Below are positions 45,627 to 55,871 of a DNA stretch of 64,000 nucleotides, piece after piece. The notes beneath the pieces were generated by a model. The model was given only the letters and a program-made list of their open reading frames with translations, was not told where the DNA came from and did not search any database. A program made the translations under genes and the position numbers. Numbering within the stretch: position 1 is the stretch's first letter; the number at the start of each line of letters is the position of its first letter. Origin of the DNA: Mayamaea pseudoterrestris (Eukaryota); NCBI GenBank assembly GCA_027923505.1, contig BROI01000003.1:1-64000 (forward strand). Direction: 5' to 3'.

Positions 45627-47147
45627 TCACATTAGTCGCGAAACGAGTTGCATAATCAAAGCAAATAGAGCGCCAAAGAGCGTAAACATGCAAACCTTTG
45701 TCAGTGTTTCCTGAATGGCACGACCAGTGGGTGACGATTTTGCAAATCCTCCGCCCGATACTCCAAGTATCAGCGCTTGGCTCTTGCTTCTGGAAGCGTC
45801 GTCGTCGTTGTCATAATTGAAAGCTTTGGATAACTGCTCATTGCGTGCGCGGATAAATGCTGATCCATGGTATAAAGCACGACGACTTTTCCACTGGCTA
45901 GAATTGTGCTTCCTTCGTTTCAGTCGCATCGGCAACAGCTGCTGCTGCTGCTGCTGCATCGCTTGCAACTCGATGGTTTCGCCCATCTTCCAAAAGTTAC
46001 CAACAGGTTTGGCGTTGCTTGCATAATCTTCGTCGCCAGTTTTTGTCTCAGTGGTCGCCGTCTGCGCGGCATCCGCATCGACGGCGAACGTCTGACCGCC
46101 TCTCAGCATGGGTTCCATCTCGTTACTCTTCAAAACTGACTCATTAACATTTAAGTCGCAATCCGGCGGAACATTTAAATCCGTTGTTGAATGACTATAG
46201 AACGCGCCAGGATCATTAGCGTCGTCCAAATCCACGACATTGTGACTCGTGTCGTCGTGATGCCGCGCATCGCCTAACCAGGATTCGCCCAGTTCCAGCC
46301 ATTCATGGGGCGTTTGACTGTCCACGCTAATGGTCGAGTACGAGACGAGCGGTGACGACGAGTCGTTGGCCTCCATGGGCTCCTCGGTAATCACTGGCCC
46401 TGTGGTTAAACTATCCTCGAGCTGTTCCTGCTCCTCAAAGTATTCCGACTTTTGGGGCTCATCATGTTTTCTTTCAATCATCTGTAAATCATGTAATACA
46501 TCTTCTTGCGTTAATTGTGGTGAAAGTGCCTCACTCGACACAGCCATTACTTTCTCAAGTCCCTGCTCCTGGCCATCAGCAGCAGCAGCAGCAGTCTCAT
46601 CCGAGACGTAAGCAATAGGTAGAGCTGGCTCGACTATTGCGTCCATATTCATTCCTTCCACAGCCAAGTTGTCTGTTTCCTTTATTGCTTCTTGCAATTC
46701 TTCGTGCAATTCTTCTTCTTCCTCTTCTTCATCGTCATCAAGTAATTGTCGCATTCGAGTGAACCGATCTCGAATTTCACATCTCAAATCATTTGATCGG
46801 TCATTCATTTCCGTCATTATTCCTTGCACAAAGGCATCGTGATGCTGCTTCTTTTGCGCCCACCGTGCCACTGGCCGTGCATGTTCGTCAGCAATGGCTT
46901 CCGCGCAACGCTTGGACTTTTCCATGCGACTCGATCTGACGCGGCGTGGGTACTCAGTTGCGGCGGCAGCAGCAGCAGCAGCAGTCGTTGATGTGGATGT
47001 TGACACTGACGCTTCCGCTGTCTGTAATGCAATGGCTAATCCAAGAATCAAGCAGTTTACGATGTTATTTATCCCCGATTGACTGCCTCTACTCTTTTTT
47101 GTTGATGAGTCGCTCATCATGGTGCTTGAAAGCGGCCTCGTCCTCAT
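45627..47147 (-). CDS. Hypothetical acidic, low-complexity protein with N-terminal hydrophobic segment and C-terminal TM helix
   Basis: ~500-aa ORF with poly-A, poly-E and poly-Q tracts and terminal VCMFTLFGALFALIM. Start uncertain. Confidence 0.7.
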   Translation of the reverse strand: MRTRPLSSTMMSDSSTKKSRGSQSGINNIVNCLILGLAIALQTAEASVSTSTSTTAAAAAAAATEYPRRVRSSRMEKSKRCAEAIADEHARPVARWAQKKQHHDAFVQGIMTEMNDRSNDLRCEIRDRFTRMRQLLDDDEEEEEEELHEELQEAIKETDNLAVEGMNMDAIVEPALPIAYVSDETAAAAADGQEQGLEKVMAVSSEALSPQLTQEDVLHDLQMIERKHDEPQKSEYFEEQEQLEDSLTTGPVITEEPMEANDSSSPLVSYSTISVDSQTPHEWLELGESWLGDARHHDDTSHNVVDLDDANDPGAFYSHSTTDLNVPPDCDLNVNESVLKSNEMEPMLRGGQTFAVDADAAQTATTETKTGDEDYASNAKPVGNFWKMGETIELQAMQQQQQQLLPMRLKRRKHNSSQWKSRRALYHGSAFIRARNEQLSKAFNYDNDDDASRSKSQALILGVSGGGFAKSSPTGRAIQETLTKVCMFTLFGALFALIMQLVSRLM

Positions 47148-47251
47148 GGTGGATGTCGACTCGTTCCAAAGAATTTGTGACGCGCCGCGTTGGAAGCAAC
47201 GAGGAAACGGATGTGACCCGGAAAACCTCAAACGCTAAGTGTTGCTAAGTC

Positions 47252-47259
47252 TACCGGTA
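47252..47259. promoter_or_regulatory. TACCGGTA palindrome upstream of the 45627-47147 gene
   Basis: Followed by two TACGGTA near-copies within 25 nt. Confidence 0.55.
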
Positions 47260-47303
47260 CCTACGGTAGCTAACTACGGTAATTAGAAAGCCTCTCACAC
47301 GAG

Positions 47304-47746
47304 GTAAGACTGTCAGGATAGAAATCCTTCAGTGACGTCATCAAGCGCCGGACGGACGTCACGAGAAAACTTCAAATCAAGTTCGCGTCGCCCTTTTTCA
47401 CCAACGCGCAAAGCAGCGACAGTGCAACCAAGCTTCTACATCAATCTAAAGACAACCAACTAACAATTTATAAAGAAAGATGTTGGCGCAGACTGGTCCC
47501 GTCGCTCGTGAATAGATTCTTTGGGGATGTTGAGGTGCGGAACGTTTTTCGCTCAAGCGGGCAAGTGCGACATCCATCGGTACTCGACTGCGTCTTAGGA
47601 TTGCTCGCGCACCTCCGCTCCGATTTTTACTCGTTGGTTACCGTTGGAAAGCCCGTCGAGTCGTGAATGAAATGTGATACATAACTAAAAAATGTCAAAA
47701 TAGTCATCATGACGTCACTGAAGACATTCTATCCTGACAGTCTTAC
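47304..47746. mobile_element. MITE / non-autonomous DNA transposon with ~38-bp terminal inverted repeats
   Basis: Left end gtaagactgtcaggatagaaatccttcagtgacgtcat versus reverse complement of right end gtaagactgtcaggatagaatgtcttcagtgacgtcat (3 mismatches). No long internal ORF. Possible TA TSD at 47305-47306 and 47744-47745. Confidence 0.85.
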
Positions 47747-48109
47747 AGGTAATCATGCCATATTTCTTGCTCTTAAGGTTCGTAAACTTGTCAAGAACAG
47801 CTTGGCTTGCAAGACCTTGATTACCCTAACGACCGATGACAAAATTGACAGTAAATGACAGCCACTCGAGCCTCAATTTGCCCTGCTTTCTTTTGGCTCA
47901 CAACGAAACCCCCAACTACTTCCTTCTTCATTACGACCAAACTACTGTTGTAGATGATACGTTTTTGTATAAACATAATTGTAATAATGTATTTTCAATC
48001 TCCTCGCCGCGCACGGCGCAGCAGAGTTTTCACATAGTGCCTAGCAGGCAAGAGATTTGCAGAAATTTGTCCCGCCTCCGCTTTGAGTGCGTCGTCCATG
48101 AGCAAAGCC

Positions 48110-51100
48110 TCATCGCAATGAGGACCCTATCCGTAGTTTGCCACCCTTATTACAGTCATAGCAGACAAATCTTTCGCTCTTCGCAGGTTGTTTGCACGGT
48201 CCATATAAGCAGCTCCAGTGATACGCCTTGGCGCAACTTTCGCAAAGAAACAAATGAGCTTTCGTGCTACAATGGCATATGGTGCACTCGCTCTGACACT
48301 TTCCCTTAAGAACCTTGTAAATGTTGGGATTATTGCTCTTCCAGCGGTAGTACTGGACGAGCATGACCTGCATCGGACGGTCCATCATTGCCGCAATCGA
48401 CTGAAAATTCTTGTTCGAATTCTGGCCGTCTTCATTTAAAATGAGCAAATTAAACGTTTCCGCTTCTGTCCCGGTCATGCTAATATTCGCACATTTGGAA
48501 GATGCAATCATCAAATGCAGTCGCTCTTGAGCGGCCGGAACGCTGTAGTTAGAAAGGTGAAGCGCTTCCATTTTCAAAGTTCGACGTTCAAGCGACCCTA
48601 GGGGATGCAAAAACTCCTCGATAGGTTCACCTCGCGCTTCTGCCTCGTCCGCCATGACAGGATTCCAAATACAAGAACAATCGTGATCGGACGGCTCACG
48701 CTTAAAGTTACTATCGACAAGATCGATCTGGAAGTGGGGACCAATCATAATCTTATCGAGCACCCGATGGTCTGTATCTGTCACGAAAGTATTCGGCGTC
48801 TCTCCCCAGGCGGCTGACATGCTCCTTGTTGTGCGACGACAAGAACGCGCACAGTCAGACTTTGCACTGGATGCGACATTCTGTTTTTGTTTCAGGCAGT
48901 GCCTTCGACTACTTCTGACCGACCTAGATGGCGGACTTGTCAATGTGTCTGTGCTGCGCGCAGCAGGTGCAGGCGCTTGTTGTGTGTCTTGGTGAAAATC
49001 AGCAACTTGATCCCTTTCAGACTGAGCAGATGTATTTATGTGCTTTATCGATACACGTGCTGAAGTCGTTGGTACAGGATGATTCCTGCGCACCATCTCA
49101 CGTGCTCCGATAGAAGTTGAATCAATCATTGCCGCGTCGAGCTCCCCGTCGAGTTTTGCTTCAGACACTTGATCTATCCCAAACTCAGTGTATGTGGCAG
49201 CATGCACTGTACCTATTGTCGCTTGTTCATCTGGTACCTCGTGACTTCCGAGCAAGTCCGAATGTGGCTGGACGAGATTTGGATCAGTCGTTGCCGCGTC
49301 GAGAAGTTCTTCAAGTTTTGCTTCATTCCGCTGCTCAGTCTCAAATTGAATGCATGAGGCAGCATGCTTATTAGGTACTGTCGCTTGTTGATCTGGTCCC
49401 TCGTGACTTCTGAGCAGTTCCAAATGTGAATTGAAGATAGTTGGTTCAGTCGTTGCCGCGTCAAACACTGCCTCCTTAATTTCTGCTTCACTGTCAATGG
49501 CTATGTCACGAATTTCCGCCGGTACAGTGTCAAGGGTACACGCCATTTCATCCGCCGAGGCTTTTATTCGTTCGCCCTCTGTCAAAATAGCAAGGATATA
49601 TTCACCTTCCTCATTCGTCAGCACCTTCATGTCCGCACAAAACTGCGTACTCTCGTTCGGGTCTACCACCATAAGGTCGCTATGCAAATCTTTTTCCTCA
49701 GCCGTCGCAACACGGCTAAGTTCTGCCTCATCGCTTTGGATGGGACGGTGGGAGGCATCGCACGGTGGGCCCGGCATTTCTGATTCACGAATTTTAAACC
49801 CTTCGCCAACTTCGACAGTTTCTGGGTCGCGGCCTCCAAGCTCAATGCTGTTATCGCGAACCTGTTCACCCGACACTGGAATAACGTCCATTGTTTCCGC
49901 ATCTGCACAAACGGACGGACGCTGTTTAGGTCTTCGCTTTATTATCTCAAGTCAAAAATATAGATCACTTACTCTCTTCAATGCCACATAGCAAGTTACG
50001 GTTAGCTTTAATGAAAAATTCATTGCACGACGTACGACGAGTTAGGTCATGATATACCTCACCAGAGTCGGCAATGTATAGGACACAAGCACCAGACGCT
50101 GACTCATCAACGTTTGCATGATGATGCTTTGTCCGCTGCCGCTTGCTCGCTGTGCGTGTTTGCAAGCTTAATCGTCTCTTGTGCTCCTTCTCCTCTAAGT
50201 CGAGTTCGCTTTTCGTAACCAAGTATCTACGACTCTCGATAATATCTTTAACAAGACTGTCAAGCTCGGCTCGGAGCTCCGCAAGAATCTTATTAATCTC
50301 TCCCAGATCTGCAATCGTGAAATTGAACTGCTCCAAAACGTAGAAATAACAAAGAAAGTGGATCCTAGTCTCAGTCAATTTACTCTCGATAATGTCTCGG
50401 TTCGCCTGGTGAAGAAACTCTGGTACGCCTTTTCCAATTGTGGATAGCATGGAGTGCTCCGATGCAAGGAGTGCCTCACGGAACATCGGCCGTTCATTGA
50501 CTGGCACATGCTCTTTCGCCAGAACGAGAAATTGCATCCAGTGATTGTACAAGCGAGTTCGAAAGTCACTTGTATACAAGTTACTTTTGATTGGATCGAG
50601 GTTTTCGCAACGATCGCGCAGTGCTCCAAGGCTTTGTAGTACGGCCGCCACATTTTGCGAGTTATTAGCAAGCAAGTGGAACTTATAACCGCATGTATCA
50701 TCGCCTGCTGTAGGCATTTGAAACACAGCAAAAGCACTCTCGTCCGCGTACAGGATAGGTTGGTCATTCACCGTCGAAGAACTGCTCGACGAGGAAGCAA
50801 AAGCAATGTTCTCGCTCACACTCGCCAATTTTTCCGCGTGCTTTGCGTCATGGTCGACATGTTCCATGGCTCGCAATTCGCCATTATCATTCGAAAGTTC
50901 CGAGTCGCTTGCCGGTGAATTCGACGACTCCTCAGACAAGACTGGTGGATCCTTGGCAGACGGCGCTGCATCGCCGACCACTCCATCATCGTTGTCGTCT
51001 TTTGTATCATTTGCCGCCTCTTTTGCAGACTCAAATGAAGCTTGGCATGTCTTGAGTCGGCATTTGCCCCTCACCAATATATCCAAGCGCTCGTCGCAGT

Positions 51101-51350
51101 CTCGACATACGTTGTGTCCTCGCGCGCAGCGAATCACAATGACTTTTTTGCTCACCTTTTGTAGGCAAATGGCGCAGCCAAGCTCAGTCATATCATCATG
51201 CTTTCGAGTCGCACTTACGCCATCCGGAGTCTTAGCTGCATTAATTTCGATTATGCGCTCCTTGTTTGGTAGAGCATAGCTAGATTCATGATTGTTCTCC
51301 TTTTCTGCCAACCCAAGTTGCGCCTCGTCATCCTTGTCACTGTCGCTCAT
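48110..51350 (-). CDS. RING plus helical domain plus ELM2-SANT-PHD chromatin protein; two ORFs joined by an intron
   Basis: Intron 49903-49972 (GTAAGT...CCTAAAC...TTTGTGCAG, phase 1) joins ORFs 49965-51350 and 48110-49891 in frame. ELM2 IMIGPHFQ..IWNP..MEALHLSNYS; SANT KNFQSIA..LVQYYRWK; PHD CTIC..CESC.KAYHWSC..FVCYDC. Confidence 0.72.
49118..49490 (-). repeat. Intragenic tandem repeat, 162-nt (54-aa) period, ~2.3 copies
   Basis: ttgccgcgtc ends at 49138, 49300 and 49462. Protein FDAATTEP..SHEGPDQQAT / LDAATTDP..SHEVPDEQAT / LDAAMIDS. Confidence 0.85.
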
Positions 51351-51981
51351 GATGTCTACAAGCAATGAGTTCGATAATCAGCGTAGACGATAGCGATGAA
51401 AGGGAAAGAAGCAAGTCAAGAGCTTGTCGTGCGGAAAGATTTGTTTACGCAGGCGGTGCGACGAAATGCCAAAGATTCAAAGCTTGTTTTGGGGTTTGGT
51501 GCACACCTCTCACCTCTACCGGCCAAATCGGACAATGAGCAAGAGTCTTGGAGCTTGCGCGCGCGATACAAAAGACAATCAAGGCAATGAGCGAAAGATG
51601 ATTGTTGCCATGGAGAAAAAGGCTCGAATATCTCGTGTCGTTCTTCCGGCGATGCTCGTTCTTTCGTCGCGTGACGCAGTGTCGCACCACAACTGAAAAA
51701 CTAGCTAGCGTATGCAAGCCAAGGCGGATATTTACCAAAAAGAGATGCGTTGCTGCAACAAGGTCAAACTCTCGAATCATCATGATACGGCTGCCGCCGG
51801 ATGGTTACAAACCTCGAGCGAACGGAAGTAGCGTCGCTTAGCTTGCGCGGCCGACACTTTAATGTCATCTCGCGAGCAAATACTGTACCTTGCGAGATAA
51901 TCGTAATCGTTATCGTATACATTACCTACAACATATTCATCCCCTCCTCAACAAAGCAATACACGCACACAAACTCTTCAG

Positions 51982-52782
51982 CTACCGCGGCGGCGGCATT
52001 CCATACTGGCCAGGAGGTGGTGGGCCATGGTAACCACCTCGCCCCATTGGCATGTGCGGCGGTCCTCGTCCAGCCATGAACGGCGGACCTCCTCCTCTTC
52101 CACCGTCGAAGCGTCCCGGAAATCGCCCGCGGCCGCCGCCGTCAAAAAATCGTCCTCGTCCGCCGCCGTCGAAACGACCACCACCTCGTCCACCGTCAAA
52201 GCGACCGCCGCCACCCTGCCGACGCTCCGTCGCCTTGCGCAAAATGGCGGCCGCTTGTCCGGCAACCTTGCCGACTCCTTCCGGTGGAGCGCCAGCGTGC
52301 TTGCGCCAGTGCTTGATTCTGTGAGCGTGGAGAAAGTCAATACTAATCAGTTAGAGAAAAGTACCGAACGACTTATGTGCGAATGCGACTCGTTGGCACT
52401 CACCTCGACTCCGAGGAGAATGCAAGAGAGCTACTGATCCAACGCTGCATACTCTCAAAATGTTTGCACACTTTCTCTACATTCTTTGATTCATTCATAC
52501 AAATACATACCTTTGAAACATTGGTGCATGCTGCAGCATTTCCGGAAGACAAATGAACACAATTTCACATCCCCTTAAATACAGTTGCGGCGTCCGTCGC
52601 TTGACGCCATCGGGTCCGGTCACGACGCAATTTTTCAAATACAAATTCATTTGATCCTCGGCTTCAAACAGCAAGCCGCGAATCAGTTGTCCATTCTTGG
52701 TTTCCACCTCCACGACGGCTCCTTCCGCGTCGTGCAGCAACACAATGGGAATGCCGACGCGATTATTTCCGACGACTGACAT
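51982..52782 (-). CDS. SNRPD3: Small nuclear ribonucleoprotein Sm D3-like with RG-rich tail; 2 exons
   Basis: VGIPIVLLHDAEG..V.VET..G...RG.L.EAEDQMN, YLRG..I.FI.LPEML.HAPMF. Intron 52319-52510; C-terminal GGRG/RFDGG repeats. Confidence 0.88.
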
Positions 52783-53085
52783 GAATCAATATACTAATAC
52801 GATAGTAGTAAACGTTGGTGATAGATTTGTATGCCAAGGATTACCGTACAAGTGGCAAGTGCTTTCGAAGGTTGCTTACTCGTCGAATGGCTCGTCGCTC
52901 GCTTGCGAAACGAGCGGCGGCGCGTTTCGTCCGTTTTCGCGCCAATTCCTTCGCGCCATTTCAGTAACGCTACGACAGGTATTTCACCAATGGGAAGCCT
53001 TCGCGTCAAGCGACGAATCGGTGATCACGATTGGGGTGTCACAAAACGCAAAACGCCGCAGCATCAAAAAAAACAAGCAGCCACC

Positions 53086-53247
53086 ATGTCGGAACCAAAC
53101 AAGGACGATAAAACCAAGGACGGCAAAAAGGGAGCCAAGCAGCAGGAGGAGGAACAACCTCACACCAACTTTCTCGTCGTGGATCGCTCGCTGCGACCAG
53201 AAGGCTTTCATTTGGAGCAAGAGTTTGGCGGAAGCGGAAAGAAGTAG
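53086..53247 (+). CDS. Putative 53-aa microprotein
   Basis: A-rich leader and GCCACCATG start context, like neighbouring genes. MSEPNKDDKTKDGKKGAKQQEEEQPHTNFLVVDRSLRPEGFHLEQEFGGSGKK. Divergent from SmD3. Confidence 0.5.
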   Translation: MSEPNKDDKTKDGKKGAKQQEEEQPHTNFLVVDRSLRPEGFHLEQEFGGSGKK

Positions 53248-53563
53248 AGACATGATTGAACCGTGTGCGGCCAAACCAAGCGTAACAAACAGCCATGTAA
53301 ATGAATTAGATATTTTGATGAAACAATGACTCTGCTTTTTATTGTAGCTTGTACTTGATCTAGAGGCACGATCGAGGCAGCAGCATGGTCGAATTAGTCG
53401 AATTGCATTCGGAAGGGTGTCAGGCGAAAGATCGTAAATCGCACTGGTTTTCATAATCCGTCGACCGCCATCAAAGCAATCTTGCTCACCTTGCACCTCT
53501 TGCATCAGCAGCACTCTTTGCATCATTTAGCTCTATCAAAAACTCGATCGACGCGCCGTCGAA

Positions 53564-54265
53564 ATGAAACGAGCAACAACATTTCTTGCATGTCTCCTGG
53601 CTGCATCACTTTCGTTGCAGCTCGTTGACGCCTTTACACCGTCCTTTATTGGAAGGAAAACATTACTCCAGCAGCCGCAGCAACCTCAATATCCATTTCA
53701 ACATCGACCAATCCATCAAAGCCATGAACAAATGCTATCTACTACGACACTATATGCCAAGAAAAAGTCTGCCACTGCCGCTCCCACCAAACTCCAAGTC
53801 AAGCTACTGAAACCGGTTCCCGGCACGGGTCAAAAGGGCGACGTGGTGCACGTCACGCCAGCCTTTTACCAAAACAAGCTGCAACCAACCCGGGCCGCCA
53901 CATTGATTAGTGACGAGCAAGTTGCCACGGAGCAATCCATTAAGGTGGCGCAAGTGAATGAAATGAATGAAAAAGCGCAAGCGTTGGCGAATACACTTGG
54001 GGCCGACGACTTTGAGTTAATTATTCAACGCAAGGCGGGACCTGACGGACAATTGTTTGGAGGCATTGGACCAAAGGTAGTACTGACGGAGCTGCAAGCA
54101 GTGCTAAAGGACGACTTTCTCAAGAGTGTCAAGGTCAAGAGCCTAGTCGACGACGAAAAAAAGCCGCTGCAGGGTGACATTAAGCACGTGGGATCCTTTT
54201 CGGCAACGCTGGAACTAACCAAGGAGATTACGGCAACCTTTCCAGTCATTGTAAAAGCTGAATAA
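53564..54265 (+). CDS. rpl9: Plastid 50S ribosomal protein L9 (nucleus-encoded)
   Basis: Signal peptide ending VDA-F; VKLLKPVPGTGQKGDVVHV...N.L.P; RKAGPDGQLFGGI; DIKHVG. Confidence 0.9.
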   Translation: MKRATTFLACLLAASLSLQLVDAFTPSFIGRKTLLQQPQQPQYPFQHRPIHQSHEQMLSTTTLYAKKKSATAAPTKLQVKLLKPVPGTGQKGDVVHVTPAFYQNKLQPTRAATLISDEQVATEQSIKVAQVNEMNEKAQALANTLGADDFELIIQRKAGPDGQLFGGIGPKVVLTELQAVLKDDFLKSVKVKSLVDDEKKPLQGDIKHVGSFSATLELTKEITATFPVIVKAE

Positions 54266-54443
54266 GTGCCATTTCAAGACTAAATGAGCTGCTTTTATTC
54301 AGTATACAAGTATATCTGACTCATCCAATTGATCGATTTCGTTCATGTAATTACAATGTAAAGGTTCATGGTTTCATCAATAGAAAACCATCCATGCATG
54401 AAATGAGGACTACTGCTGCCAGATCCACATGCTTTCAAGTCGT

Positions 54444-55544
54444 CTACGCCCACAGCTCCTTCAATGGCTTGAGAGCAGGGTCGGCGCCAAGCTCCATCTT
54501 GGTCATCATATCCCGATCCAGCAAGTATTCCTCAAAGGTTTGCGCCTTGTGGCCGCAAATGTTTTCAATGTCATGTGAAACAAACGCCGACGTTTCCTCC
54601 ATGCCCGTCGACTTGACCTTTTCCAATGCCGCCAAGTCTTGCACGACCCAATGAGGATCGCCGCTCAGCATAATCTCCGTGGTAAACTCGTTGAGTGGCT
54701 GGTCAACGTACGTAATGGGCTTGTTCAAATGCTTGCTCAGCAGGTCGGCAACCTCTTGATCCGTGATTGGTCCCGGACCAGTGAGCTTGTACGTGTGATT
54801 GTAGTGCGGTCGAGGCTCCAACAGCACGCGGACGGCCACTTCGGCAATGTCATTGGGCGAAACGTAATTCACTCCCTTGTTGCCCGACGCACCGTAAAAC
54901 TTGGCCGGCGTTTTGTCTTCACGAATCTCATGGTTTTGAAACTGGAAAACGTTGGACATGAAGTGCGTGGCCTTTAGAATGGTGTAACCAAAGTTCATGC
55001 GAGGCGCCTCCATCATGACGCCCGCGTCGGCAAACGGCGAAAAGTCCAGCTGAGGTGTCGCACAACTGGTGGCGAGCAAGTCGTCCATTTCCGCGTGCAT
55101 CTTGACCAGCGGAACCTCGTAAAACGCTTCATGCGGATTGTAAAACGAAAGTTTGACAAAATGCTTGACTCCGGCCGTTTCGCAGGCGTCCAAAAAGACG
55201 GGAAAGTGCTTCTGCCAGTCCTTGGTGTACGCTACCGTGCAAAGAACCGACTTGACATCCTTCAAAGCGTTCGCATAGGTATCCTCGCGGTCCCAGCTAA
55301 AGACGGCAATCTCCGCTCCCTTGAGTCCCATATCTTCCAGCAGCTCCAACTTGCTCGTGCCTAGACGAACCTGCGGGTAACCCGCGTTCAGTAGCTTTAG
55401 TGCCACGCGATGACCAATAATGCCAGTGCCGCCCGTCACAAAGATGCGACCCGATTCGGGGTCCAAATTGTGAATGCCAAGCATTTCGCCAACGTGGGCG
55501 AGACCGGTCAAGCTCTTGGTGACTGTATCGGTAATCTTGTCCAT
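54444..55544 (-). CDS. NmrA-like atypical SDR / NAD(P)-binding oxidoreductase (intact copy)
   Basis: IFVTGGTGIIG Rossmann motif, AGVKHFVKLS, YVSPNDIAEVA, YKLTGP. Confidence 0.88.
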   Translation of the reverse strand: MDKITDTVTKSLTGLAHVGEMLGIHNLDPESGRIFVTGGTGIIGHRVALKLLNAGYPQVRLGTSKLELLEDMGLKGAEIAVFSWDREDTYANALKDVKSVLCTVAYTKDWQKHFPVFLDACETAGVKHFVKLSFYNPHEAFYEVPLVKMHAEMDDLLATSCATPQLDFSPFADAGVMMEAPRMNFGYTILKATHFMSNVFQFQNHEIREDKTPAKFYGASGNKGVNYVSPNDIAEVAVRVLLEPRPHYNHTYKLTGPGPITDQEVADLLSKHLNKPITYVDQPLNEFTTEIMLSGDPHWVVQDLAALEKVKSTGMEETSAFVSHDIENICGHKAQTFEEYLLDRDMMTKMELGADPALKPLKELWA

Positions 55545-55871
55545 GGTCGTTCAGTTGCTTGGGATTGTTGTTGATGCTGTTGTGTTGCTGTTGCAATCTT
55601 GCTATCGCTTATCCGTTGTTGTGAGCGAGGCAAGCTGCTGGAGCTTTTGCGAACCGCTGGGTTCGGTTGGTTGTCTCATTTAGCCTTTCCGTGGAAGCTT
55701 GGCGGTTCGCATATGCAATGCATGTGCAATGCGATGCAACGCTTCGTATTGTGGCGATCGAGTACCGATAAGACTCTTTCCAATACCGGAGCGACCTATC
55801 TAGCGCGCGCTGGACGACAACCATCACACATCACATTCGCTTGCCGACAAGCCTCTTGCTTCCATCTCGTC

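Noticed and set aside
52080..52215. GGC-rich repeats as a separate repeat element
   Set aside because: They encode the RG/GGRFD tail of SmD3.
54444..55544. Horizontal transfer of the intronless NmrA-like gene
   Set aside because: Many native genes here are intronless and the family is widespread; a phylogeny is needed.
55708..55745. Cluster of TGCA motifs in the NmrA/PUB divergent promoter
   Set aside because: Low-complexity and seen only here and in its duplicate; insufficient support for a regulatory call.
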